Part shown: positions 1 through 12,800 of the stretch, in pieces
How the letters are laid out: every line of letters starts with the position of its first letter
How positions within the stretch are numbered: position 1 is the first letter of the stretch
Source of the DNA: Hypanus sabinus
Taxonomy: Eukaryota
Assembly (NCBI RefSeq): GCF_030144855.1
Contig: NC_082710.1
Location: 149,482,001-149,546,000, forward strand
DNA: 64,000 nt
Direction of reading: 5' to 3'
The notes under the pieces: model-generated
The model's database searches: none
What the model was told of the DNA's origin: nothing
Seen by the model: only the letters and a program-made list of their open reading frames with translations
Made by a program: the position numbers and the translations under genes

Positions 1-3000
1 GCATCTAACAGTGGTAAGGAGGGCAAAGGTTCACGGACCAGGCGACCTCAGCTTTTCTCGGCTTTTTCGCTGAAGTCAGGCGTTCTTCTTAGAGCGCAGC
101 TATAACAAGTGTTCTTATTAGGACACAGAAAGAATGCGACGCAGGGCGACGATGGAAAGAAGGCGGTGAGAGCAGTGCTTCGACTTGCCGGGCTGGAATG
201 CAGAACGCTGTATGATGGTGTCCGAGGTTAGAAAGCTTACCCGGGTGAACGTGTAATAAACGTACCCAATGTCGCCCTCGCATTGAGAGACCTCTTCCTA
301 CGTGGCTGTATCATGTTGTGTGTGGATTCCAGGTTCTTTTTCCCAAAAATACACTTTATTCAGAAGTACCTCAAAATAAATTTATTTGCAAAACCCATTT
401 GTTTCCTCTGATGCTCTGTCTGTTTGTGACCTGCAGTGAGGGCAAAGTGTGCTGTGCAGCGCCATTTTGTTTGGCTAAATCGCATTAAAATGCAGGAACG
501 TATTGAAATAAAGCAAGGGTTGGTTCTAACTAATCTGGCCGGGAGCTGCCAATCATCAGGAGTGCATGGGTTTCTGGGCCAGTCGATCGCAGACCTTCTC
601 GGCAATTTGGCTGAGATCAGGCGTTCTTATTAGAGCAGAGCTATGCCAAGTGTTCTTATTAGGACACAGAGAGGAAGCGAGCCAGAGCGGCGATGGAAGA
701 AAGGATCGTTGAAAGAGGCGGGGAGTGCAGTGCTTCGACTTGTGGGACTGGAAACCAAAGCGCTGTAAGGGTAGGTGTCCTAGATTAGAAAACGTTCCTT
801 GGGGAACGGGTAATTAAGGTTCCCAATGTCGCCCTCACACTGGGAGACCACTTCCTTTGCGGATGCATCAGTTTTGGTGTGAATCGCAGGTTTTGCTAGC
901 CACAAAATACACTTTATGCAGAAATATTTCAAAATAAAGTTAATTACAAAGACCATTAGTAGACCCTGATGCTCTGTCTGGTTGTGTCCTCCAGTTAGCG
1001 CAAAGGGTGTTTTACAGCGGCGTTTTCTTTTTTAGCTAAATCGCCTTAAAATGCGCTAATGTATTGAATGAAATCAAAGGTTCTTGCAAAATGACCGGGC
1101 AGGGAGCAATCAGATGTGAAGTGGGCAAAGTTTCGCGGACCATGTGATCTCAGCTCTTCACAGCCTATTGGCTGAGATCAGGTGTTCTTATCGGAGCGCA
1201 GCTACACCAAGTCTTCATTTAGGATTGAGAACGAAAGCGACGCAGGGCGGTGATGGAAGACGATGGCGGGACAGATCAGCAGATCGGTGATAAAAGCTGA
1301 GGAGTGCAGCGCTACGACTTGCGGGGTGGGAATACAGAACGCAGTCGGATTGAGCGTCCGACTTAAGCAGGTGGGAGAACGGAGATAATACGTCTCCAAT
1401 GTCGCCCTCTCTCTGAGAGACGACTTCCTATGTGATTCCATGAGGTATTGTGTTGACCGCAGAGCTTTTAGCCCAAAAAAGTCCTATCTTCAAAAATATT
1501 CCAAATTAATGTTATTTACAAAAACCATTAGTTGACACTCATGCACTGTCCGGTTGTCTGTCACCTCCACTGAGCGCAAACAGTGCATGACAGCGGCATT
1601 TTTTTGCTAAATCACCTGAAAATGCGCTAAAATACAGAATGAAGGCAAGGATAGTACTTCCGAAGCAGGCAGGGCATCTAACAGTGGTAAGGGGGGCAAA
1701 GGTTCACGGACCAGGCGACCTCAGCTTTTCTCGGCTTTTTCGCTGAAGCCAGGCGTTCTTCTTAGAGCGCAGCAATAACAAGTGTTCTTATTAGGACACA
1801 GTACGAATGCGACGCAGGGCGGCGATGGAAAGAAGGATCGGTGAAGAAGGCGGTGAGAGCAGGGCTTCGACTTGCCGGGCTGGAATGCAAAACGCTGTAT
1901 GATGTTGTCCGAGGTTAGAAAACGTACCCGGGAGAACGTGTAATAAACGTACCCAATGTCGCCCTCGCATTGAGAGACCTCTTCCTACGTGGCTGTATCA
2001 TGTTGTGTGTGGATTCCAGGTTCTTTTTCCCAAAAATACACTTTATTCAGAAATACCTCAAAATAAATTTATTTGCAAAACCCATTTGTTTCCTCTGATG
2101 CTCTGTCTGTTTGTGACCTGCAGTGAGGGCAAAGTGTGCTGTGCAGCGCCATTTTGTTTGGCTAAATCGCATTAGAATGCAGGAACGTATTGAAATAAAG
2201 CAAGGGTTGGTTCTAACTAATCTGGCCGGGAGCTGCCAATCATCAGGAGTAAATGGGTTTCTGGGCCAGTCGATCGCAGACCTTCTCGGCAATTTGGCTG
2301 AGATCAGGCGTTCTTATTAGAGCAGAGCTATGCCAAGTGTTCTTATTAGGACACAGAGAGGAAGCGAGCCAGAGCGGCGATGGAAGAAAGGATCGGTGAA
2401 AGAGGCGGGGAGAGCAGTTCTTCGATTTGAGGGACTGGAAACCAAAACGCTGTAAGGGTAGGTGTCCTAGATTAGAAAACGTTCCTTGGGGAACGGGTAA
2501 TTAAGGTACCCAATGTCGCCCTCACACTGGGAGACCACTTCCTTTGCAGATGCATCAGTTTTGGTGTGAATCGCAGGTTTTTCTAGCCACAAAATACACT
2601 TTATGCAGAAATATTTCAAAATAAAGTTAATTACAAAGACCATTAGTAGACCCTGATGCTCTGTCTGGTTGTTTCCTCCAGTTAGCGCAAAGGGTGTTTT
2701 ACAGCGGCGTTTTTTTTTTTAGCTAAATCGCCTTAAAATGCGCTAATGTATTGAATGAAATCAAAGGTTCTTGCAAAATGACCGGGCAGGGAGCAATCAG
2801 AGGTGAAGAGGGCAAAGTTTCGCGGACCATGTGATCTCAGCTCTTCACAGCCTATTGGCTGAGATCAGGTGTTCTTATCGGAGCGCAGCTACACCAAGTC
2901 TTCATTTAGGATTGAGAACGAAAGCGATGCAGGGCGGTGATGGAAGACGATGGCGGGACAGATCAGCGGATCGGTGATAAAAGCTGAGGAGTGCAGCGCT

Positions 3001-6000
3001 ACGACTTGCGGGGTGGGAATACAGAACGCAGTCGGATTGAGCGTCCGACTTAAGCAGGTACTCTGGTCAACGGAGATAATACGTCTCCAATGTCGCCCTC
3101 TCTCTGAGAGACGACTTCCTATGTGATTCCATGAGGTATTGTGTTGACCGCAGAGCTTTTAGCCCAAAAAAGTCCTATCTTCAAAAATATTCCAAATTAA
3201 TGTTATTTACAAAAACCATTAGTTGACACTCATGCACTGTCTGGTTGTCTGTCACCTCCACTGAGCGCAAACAGTGCATGACAGCGGCATTGTTTTGCCA
3301 AATCACCTGAAAATGCACTAAAATACAGAATGAAGGCAAGGAGAGTACTTCCGAAGCAGGCAGGGCATCTAACAGTGGTAAGGAGGGCAAAGGTTCACGG
3401 ACCAGGCGACCTCAGCTTTTCTCGGCTTTTTCGCTGAAGTCAGGCGTTCTTCTTAGAGCGCAGCTATAACAAGTGTTCTTATTAGGACACAGAAAGAATG
3501 CGACGCAGGGCGACGATGGAAAGAAGGCGGTGAGAGCAGTGCTTCGACTTGCCGGGCTGGAATGCAGAACGCTGTATGATGGTGTCCGAGGTTAGAAAGC
3601 TTACCCGGGTGAACGTGTAATAAACGTACCCAATGTCGCCCTCGCATTGAGAGACCTCTTCCTACGTGGCTGTATCATGTTGTGTGTGGATTCCAGGTTC
3701 TTTTTCCCAAAAATACACTTTATTCAGAAATACCTGAAAATAAATTTGTTTGCAAAACCCATTTGTTTCTTCTGATGCTCTGTCTGTTTGTGACCTGCAG
3801 TGAGGGCAAAGTGTGCTGTGCAGCGCCATTTTGTTTGGCTAAATCGCATTAAAATGCAGGAACGTATTGAAATAAAGCAAGGGTTGGTTCTAACTAATCT
3901 GGCCGGGAGCTGCCAATCATCAGGAGTGCATGGGTTTCTGGGCCAGTCGATCGCAGACCTTCTCGGCAATTTGGCTGAGATCAGGCGTTCTTATTAGAGC
4001 AGAGCTATGCCAAGTGTTCTTATTAGGACACAGAGAGGAAGCGAGCCAGAGCGGCGATGGAAGAAAGGATCGTTGAAAGAGGCGGGGAGTGCAGTGCTTC
4101 GACTTGTGGGACTGGAAACCAAAGCGCTGTAAGGGTAGGTGTCCTAGATTAGAAAACGTTCCTTGGGGAACGGGCAATTAAGGTTCCCAATGTCGCCCTC
4201 ACACTGGGAGACCACTTCCTTTGCGGATGCATCAGTTTTGGTGTGAATCGCAGGTTTTTCTAGCCACAAAATACACTTTATGCAGAAATATTTCAAAACA
4301 AAGTTAATTACAAAGACCATTAGTAGACCCTGATGCTCTGTCTGGTTGTGTCCTCCAGTTAGCGCAAAGGGTGTTTTACAGCGGCGTTTTTTTTTTAGCT
4401 AAATCGCCTTAAAATGCGCTAATGTATTGAATGAAATCAAAGGTTCTTGCAAAATGACCGGGCAGGGAGCAATCAGAGGTGAAGAGGGCAAAGGTTCGCG
4501 GACCATGTGATCTCAGCTCTTCACAGCCTATTGGCTGAGATCAGGTGTTCTTATCGGAGCGCAGCTACACCAAGTCTTCATTTAGGATTGAGAACGAAAG
4601 CGACGCAGGGCGGTGATGGAAGACGATGGCGGGACAGATCAGCGGATCGGTGATAAAAGCTGAGGAGTGCAGCGCTACGACTTGCGGGGTGGGAATACAG
4701 AACGCAGTCGGATTGAGCGTCCGACTTAAGCAGGTACTCTGGTCAACGGAGATAATACGTCTCCAATGTCGCCCTCTCTCTGAGAGACGAGTTCCTATGT
4801 GATTCCATGCGGTATTGTGTTGACCGCAGAGCTTTTAGCCCAAAAAAGTCCTATCTTCAAAAATATTCCAAATTAATGTTATTTACAAAAACCATTAGTT
4901 GACACTCATGCACTGTCTGGTTGTCTGTCACCTCCACAGCGCAAACAGTGCATGACAGCGGCATTTTTTTGCTAAATCACCTGAAAATGCGCTAAAATAC
5001 AGAATGAAGGCAAGGATAGTACTTCCGAAGCAGGCAGGGCATCTAACAGTGGTAAGGAGGGCAAAGGTTCACGGACCAGGCGACCTCAGCTTTTCTCGGC
5101 TTTTTCGCTGAAGTCAGGCGTTCTTCTTAGAGCGCAGCTATAACAAGTGTTCTTATTAGGACACAGAAAGAATGCGACGCAGGGCGACGATGGAGAGAAG
5201 GCGGTGAGAGCAGTGCTTCGACTTGCCGGGCTGGAATGCAGAACGCTGTATGATGGTGTCCGAGGTTAGAAAGCTTACCCAGGAGAACGTGTAATAAACG
5301 TACCCAATGTCGCCCTCGCATTGAGAGACCTCTTCCAATGTGGCTGCATAATGTTGTATGTGTATCCCAGGTTCTTTTCGCCCAAAACTACACTTTATTC
5401 AGAAATACCTCAAAATAAATTTATTTACAAAACCCATTTGTTTACCCTGATTCTCTGTCTGTTTGTGACCTGCAGTGAGCGCAAAGTGTGCTGTGCAGCG
5501 GCATTTTGTTTGGCTAAATCGCATTAAAATGCACTAACGTACTGAAATAAAGCAAAGTTTGGTGCTACCTAATCTGGCAGGGAGCTGCCGATCAACAGGA
5601 GTGCATGGGTTTCTGGGCCAGTCGATACCAGCGCTTCTCGGCCTTTTGGCTGATATCAGGCGTTCTTATTAGAGCGCAGCTATAAAAGGTGTCCTTATTA
5701 GGACACAGAGAGGAAGCGACGCAGAGCGGCGATGGAAAAAAGGATCGGTGAAAAAGGTGGGGAGAGCAGTGCTTCGACTTGTGGGACTGGAAACCAAAAC
5801 GCTGAAAGGGTAGGTATCCGAGATTAATAAACGTTCCTTGGAGAACGGGTAATTAAGGTACCCAATGTCGCCCTCACCCTGAGACACCTCTTCTTTTGCG
5901 GATGCATGAGTTATGGTGTGAATCGCAGGTTTTTCTTACCACAAAATACACTTTATTCAGAAATATTTCAAAATAAAGTTATTTACAAAGACCATTAGTA

Positions 6001-6800
6001 GACCCTGATGCTCTGTCTGGTTGTGTCCTCCAGTTAGCGCAAAGGGTGTTTTACAGAGGCGTTTTCTTTGGCTAAATCGCCTTAAAATGCGCTAATGAAT
6101 TGAATGAAATCAAAGGTTCCTACGAACAGACCGGAGAGGGAGATATCAGAGGTGAAAAGGGCAAAGGTTCCCGGAACAGGCGATCCCAGCGTTTCTCGGC
6201 CTTTTGGCTGAGATCAGGCGTTCTTATCAGAGCGCAGCTATACCAAGTCTTCATTTAGGATTGAGAACGAAAGCGACGCAGGGCGGTGATGGATGAGGAT
6301 GGCCGGACAGATCAGCAGATCGGCGATGAAGGCCGAGGAGTGCAGCGCTACGACATGCGGGCTGGAAATACTGAACGCAGTCGGATTGAGCGTCCGACTT
6401 AAGCAGGTACTCTGGTCAACGGAGATAATACGTCCCCAATGTCGCCCTCTCTCTGAGAGACGACTTCCTATGTGATTCCATGAGGTTTTGTGTTGACCAC
6501 AGAGCTTTTACCCCCAAAAAAGTCCGATCTACAAAAATATTCCAAATTAATGATATTTACAAAAACCATTAGTTGACACTCATGCACTGTCTGGTTGTCT
6601 GTCACCTCCACTGAGCGCAAACAGTGCATGACAGCGGCATTTCTTTGCTAAATCACATTAAAATGCGCTGAAATACAGAATGAAGGCAAGGAGAGTACTT
6701 CCGAATCAGGCAGGGCAACTAACTGTGGTAAGGAGGGCAAAGGTTCACTGTCCAGGCGACCTCAGCTTTTCTCGGCCTTTTGGCTGAGATCAGGCGTTCT
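1..6800 (+). repeat. Trimeric higher-order repeat (A-B-C)n, period ~1,675-1,690 bp
   Basis: Diagnostic monomer bodies cycle regularly: A (GAATGCGACGCAGGG...GCTGTATGATG), B (GAGGAAGCG...GCTGTAAGGGTAGG), C (CTTCATTTAGGATTGAGAACG). ORF offsets are 436->2123->3800. Confidence 0.9.
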
Positions 6801-9800
6801 TCTTAGAGCGCAGCTATAACAAGTGTTCTTATTAGGACACAGAAAGAATGCGACGCAGGGCGACGATGGAGAGAAGGCGGTGAGAGCAGTGCTTCGACTT
6901 GCCGGGCTGGAATGCAGAACGCTGTATGATGGTGTCCGAGGTTAGAAAGCTTACCCAGGAGAACGTGTAATAAACGTACCCAATGTCGCCCTCACATTGA
7001 GGAACGTCTTCCTACGTGGCTGTATCACGTTGTGTGTGGATCCCAGGTTCTCTTAGCTCAAAAATACACTTTATTCAGAAATACCTCAAAATAAATTTAT
7101 TTACAAAAACCATTTGTTTACCCTGATGCTCTGTCTGCTTGTGACATCTAATGAGCGCAAAGTGTGCTGTGCAGCGGCATTTTGTTTGGCTAAATCGCAT
7201 TTACGTACACTAACGTATTGAAATAAAGCAAAGATTGGTGCAAACTAATCTGGCAGGGAGCTGTCAATCATCAGGAGTGCATGGGGTCCTGGGCCAGTCG
7301 ATCTTAGCACTTCTCGACATTTTGGCTGAGATCAGGCGTTCTTATTTGAGCAGAGCTATAACAGGTGTTCTTATTAGGACACAGAGAGGAAGCGAGCCAG
7401 AGCGGCGATGGAAGAAAAGATCGTTGAAAGAGGCGGGGAGTGCAGTGCTTCGATTTGCCCGGCTGGAATGCAGAACGCTGTATGATGCTGTCCGAGGTTA
7501 GTAAACGTACCCAGGAGAACGTTTAATAAACGTACCCAATGTGGCCCTCGCATTGAGAGATCTCTTCCAATGTGGCTGCATCATGTTGTGTGTGTATCCC
7601 AGGTTCTTTTCGCCACAAAATACACTTTATTCAGAAATACCTCAAAATAAATTTATTTACAAAAACCATTTGTTTCCTCTGATGCTCTGTCTGTTTGTGA
7701 CCTGCAGTGAGGGCAAAGTGTGCTGTGCAGCGCCATTTTTTTTGGCTAAATCGCATTAAAATGCAGGAACGTATTGAAATAAAGCAAGGGTTGGTTCTAA
7801 CTAATCTGACCGGGAGCTGCCAATCATCAGGAGTACATGGGTTTCTGGGCCAGTCGATCGCAGACCTTCTCGGCAATTTGGCTGAGATCAGGCGTTCTTA
7901 TTAGAGCAGAGCTATGCCAAGTGTTCTTATTAGGACACAGAGAGGAAGCGACGCAGAGCGCCGATGGAAAAAAGGATCGGTGAAAGAGGCGGGGAGAGCA
8001 GTGCTTCGATTTGAGGGACTGGAAACCAAAACGCTGTAAGGGTAGGTGTCCGAGATTACAAAACGTTCCTTGGACAACGGGTAATAAACGTACCCAGTGT
8101 CGCCCTCACATTGAGAAACCTCTTCCCACGTGGCTGTATCATGTGTGTGGATCCCAGGTTCTTTCGCCCAAAACTACACTTTATTCAGAAATACCTCAAA
8201 ATAAATTTATTTACAAAAACCATTTGTTTACTCTGATGCTCTGTCTGTTTGTGAAATCTAATGAGTGCAAAGTGTGCTGTGCAGCGGCATTTTGTTTGGC
8301 TAAATCGCATTTAAGCAGGGCGGTGATGGAAGAAAGGATCGGTGAAAGTGGCGTGGAGAGCAGTGATTCGACTTGAGGGACTGGAAACCACAGCGCTGTA
8401 AGGGGAGGTGTCCTAGATTAGAAAACGTTCCTTGGAGAACGGGTAATTAAAGTACCCAATGTAGACCTCACCTTGAGAGACCTCTTCCTTTGCGGATGCA
8501 TCAGTTTTGGCGTGAATCGCAGGTTTTTCTAGCCACAAAATACACTTTATGCAGAAATATTTCAAAATAAAGTTAATTACAAAGACCATTAGTAGACCCT
8601 GATGCTCTGTCTGGTTGTGTCCTCCAGGTAGCGCAAAGGGCGATTTACAGCGGCGTTTTTTTTTTTGGCTAAATCGCCTTAAAATGCGCTAACGTATTGA
8701 ATGAAATCAAAGGTTCGTGTGAAATGACCGGGCAGGGAGCAATCAGAGGTGAAGAGGGCAAAGGTTCGCGGACCATGTGATCTCAGCTCTTCACAACCTG
8801 TTGGCTGAGATCAGGCGTTCTTATCAGAGCACAGCTATTCCAAGTCTTCATTTAGGATTGAGAACGAAAGCGACGCAGGGCGGTGATGGATGAGGATGGA
8901 GGACAGATCAGCGGATCGGTGATGAAGGCCAAGGAGTGCAGCGCTACTACTTGCGGGCTGGGAATACTGAACGCAGTCGGATTGGGCGACCGACTTTAGC
9001 AGGTACCCTGGTCAACGGAGATGAGACGTCCCCAATATCGCCCTCTCCCTGAGAGACGACTTTCGATGTGATTCCATGAGGTTTTGTGTTGACCGCACAG
9101 CTTTTAGCCCAAAACAGTCCTATCTTCAAAAAATATTCCAAATTAATGAAATTTACAAAAACCATTGGTTGACACTCATGCACTGTCTGGTTGTCTATCA
9201 CCTCCACAGCGCAAACAGTGCATGACAGCGGCATTTTTTTGCTAAATCACTTTAAAATGCGCTGAAATACAGAATGAAGGCAAGGCGAGTACTTCCGAAG
9301 CTGGCAGGGCAACTAACTGTGGTAAGGAGGGCAAAGGTTCACGGACCAGGCGACCTCAGCTTTTCTCGGCCATTTGGCTGAGATCAGGCGTTCTTCTTAG
9401 AGCGCAGCTATAACAAGTGTTCTTATTAGGACGCAGTACGAATGCGACGCAGGGCGGCGATGGAAAGAAGGATCGGTGAAGAAAGCGGTGAGAGCAGGGC
9501 TTCGACTTGCCGGGCTGGAATGCAAAACGCTGTATGATGTTGTCCGAGGTTAGAAAACGTACCCAGGAGAAAGTGTAATAAACGTACCCAATGTCACCCT
9601 CACATTGAGAGACCTCTTCCAATGTGGCTGCATAATGTTGTATGTGTATCCCAAGTTCTTTTCGCCCAAAACTACACTTTATTCAGAAATACCTCAAAAT
9701 AAATTTATTTACAAAAACCATTTGTTTACTCTGATGCTCTGTCTGCTTGTGACATCTAATGAGCGCACAGTATGCTGTGCAGCGGCATTTTGTTTGGCTA

Positions 9801-12800
9801 AATCGATTTCAAATACACTAACGTATTGAAATAAAGCAAAGATTGGCGCAAACTAATCTGGCAGGGAGCTGTCAATCATCAGGAGTGCATGGGGTCCTGG
9901 GCCAGTCGATCTTAGCCCTTCTCGACATTTTGGCTGAGATCAGGCGTTCTTATTAGAGCAGAGCTATGCCAAGTGTTCTTATTAGGACACAGAGAGGAAG
10001 CGAGCCAGAGCGGCGATGGAAGAAAGGATCGTTGAAAGAGGCGGGGAGTGCAGTGCTTCGACTTGTGGGACTGGAAACCAAAGCGCTGTAAGGGTAGGTG
10101 TCCTAGATTAGAAAACGTTCCTTGGAGAACGGGTAATTAAGGTACCCAATGTCGCCCTCACACTGGGAGACCACTTCCTTTGCGGATGCATCAGTTTTGG
10201 TGTGAATCGCAGGTTTTTCTAGCCACAAAATACACTTTATGCAGAAATATTTCAAAATAAAGTTAATTACAAACACCATTAGTAGACCCTGATGCTCTGT
10301 CTGGTTGTGTCCTCCAGTAAGCGCAAAGGGTGTTTTACAGCGGCGTTTTTTTTTTAGCTAAATCGCCTTAAAATGCGCTAATGTATTGAATGAATTCAAA
10401 GGTTCGTGCGAAATGACCGGGCAGGGAGCAATCAGAGGTGAAGAGGGCAAAGGTTCGCGGACCATGTGATCTCAGCTCTTCACAGCCTATTGGCTGAGAT
10501 CAGGCGTTCTTATCAGAGCGCAGCTATACCAAGTCTTCATTTAGAATTGAGAACGAAAGCGACGCAGGGCGGTGATGGAAGACGATGGCGGGACAGATCA
10601 GCGGATCGGTGATAAAAGCTGAGGAGTGCAGCGCTACGACTTGCGGGGTGGGAATACAGAATGCAGTCGGATTGAGCGACCGACTTAAGCAGGTACTCTG
10701 GTCAACGGAGATAATACGTCCCCAATGTCGCCCTCTCTCTGAGAGACGACTTCCTATGTGATTCCATGAGGTATTGTGTTGACCGCAGAGCTTTTAGCCC
10801 AAAAAAGTCCTATCTTCAAAAATATTCCAAATTAATGTTATTGACAAAAACCATTAGTTGACACTCCTGCACTGTCTGGTTGTCTGTCACCTCCACTGAG
10901 CGCAAACAGTGCATGACAGCGGCATTGTTTTGCTAAATCACCTGAAAATGCGCTAAAACACAGAATGAAGGCAAGGATAGTACTTCCGAAGCAGGCAGGG
11001 CATCTAACAGTGGTAAGGAGGGCAAAGGTTCACGGACCAGGCGACCTCAGCTTTTCTCGGCTTTTTCGCTGAAGTCAGGCGTTCTTCTTAGAGCGCAGCT
11101 ATAACAAGTGTTCTTATTAGGACACAGAAAGAATGCGACGCAGGGCGACGATGGAAAGAAGGCGGTGAGAGCAGTGCTTCGACTTGCCGGGCTGGAATGC
11201 GGAACGCTGTATGATGGTGTCCGAGGTTAGAAAGCTTACCCAGGAGAACGTGTAATAAACGTACCCAATGTCGCCCTCACATTGAGGAACCTCTTCCTAC
11301 GTGGCTGTATCATGTTGTGTGTGGATTCCAGGTTCTTTTTCCCAAAAATACACTTTATTCAGAAATACCTCAAAATAAATTTATTTGCAAAACCCATTTG
11401 TTTCCTCTGATGCTCTGTCTGTTTGTGACCTGCAGTGAGGGCAAAGTGTGCTGTGCAGCGCCATTTTGTTTGGCTAAAGCGCATTAAAATGCAGGAACGT
11501 ATTGAAATAAAGCAAGGGTTGGTTCTAACTAATCTGGCCGGGAGCTGTCAATCATCAGGAGTGCATGGGTTTCTGGGCCAGTCGATCGCAGACCTTCTCG
11601 GCAATTTGGTTGAGATCAGGCGTTCTTATTAGAGCGCAGCTATAACAGGTGTTCTTATTAGGACACAGAGAGGAAGCGACGCAGAGCGCCGATGGAAAAA
11701 AGGATCGGTGAAAGAGGCGGGGAGAGCAGTGCTTCGATTTGAGGGACTGGAAACCAAAACGCTGTAAGGGTAGGTGTCCGAGATTACAAAACGTTCCTTG
11801 GACAACGGGTAATAAACGTACCCAGTGTCGCCCTCACATTGAGAAACCTCTTCCTACGTGGCTGTATCATGTGCGTGGATCCCAGGTTCTTTTAGCACAA
11901 AAATACACTTTATTCAGAAATACCTCAAAATAAATTTATTTACAAAAACCATTTGTTTACCCTGATGCTCTGTCTGCTTGTGACATCTAATGAGCGCAAA
12001 GTGTGCTGTGCAGCGGCATTTTGTTTGGCTAAATCGCATTTAAGTACACTAACGTAGTGAAATAAAGCAAAGATTGTTGCTAACTAATCTTTCAGGGAGC
12101 TGTCAATCATCAGGAGTGCATGGGGTCCTGGGCCAGTCGATCTTAGCCCTTCTCGGCATTTTGGCTGATATCAGGCGTTCTTATCAGAGCGCAGCTATAA
12201 CAGGTGTTCTTATTAGGACACAGAGAGGAAGCGACGCAGAGCGGCGATGGCAGAAAGGATCGGTGAAAGAGGCGGGGAGAGCAGTGCTTCGACTTGAGGG
12301 ACTGGAAAACACAGCGCTGTAAGGGTAGGTGTCCTAGATTAGAAAACGTTCCTTGGAGAACGGGTAATTAACGGGTAACCCAATGTAGACCTCACCTTGA
12401 GAGACCTCTTCCTTTGCGGATGCATCAGTTTTGGGTGTGAATCGCAGGTTTTTCTAGCCACAAAATACACTTTATGCAGAAATATTTCAAAACAAAGTTA
12501 ATGACAAACACCATTAGTAGTCCCTGATGCTCTGTCTGGTTGTGTCCTCCAGTTAGCGCAAAGGGTGTTTTACAGCGGCGTTTTTTTTTTGCTAAATCGC
12601 CTTAAAATGCGCTAATGTATTGAATGAAATCAAAGGTTCGTGCGAAATGACCGGGCAGGGAGCAATCAGAGGTGAAGAGGGCAAAGGTTCGCGGACCATG
12701 TGATCTCAGCTCTTCACAGCCTATTGGCTGAGATCAGGCGTTCTTATCAGAGCGCAGCTACACCAAGTCTTCATTTAGGATTGAGAACGAAAGCGACGCA

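Noticed and set aside
531-559. Possible hammerhead ribozyme in the satellite (minus strand CTGATGA-TTGGC..GCCA-GATT)
   Set aside because: The required GAAA is GATT and no stems I/III are evident. The segment is better explained as antisense U1 SL1.
5833-5850. CENP-B-box-like GTTCCTTGGAGAACGGGT in B/D monomers (and TTCGACTTGCCGGG in A)
   Set aside because: Compared with CTTCGTTGGAAACGGGA, the essential TTCG is TTCC and the spacing is one base too long. The A-type motif is one base too short. Neither is a valid box.
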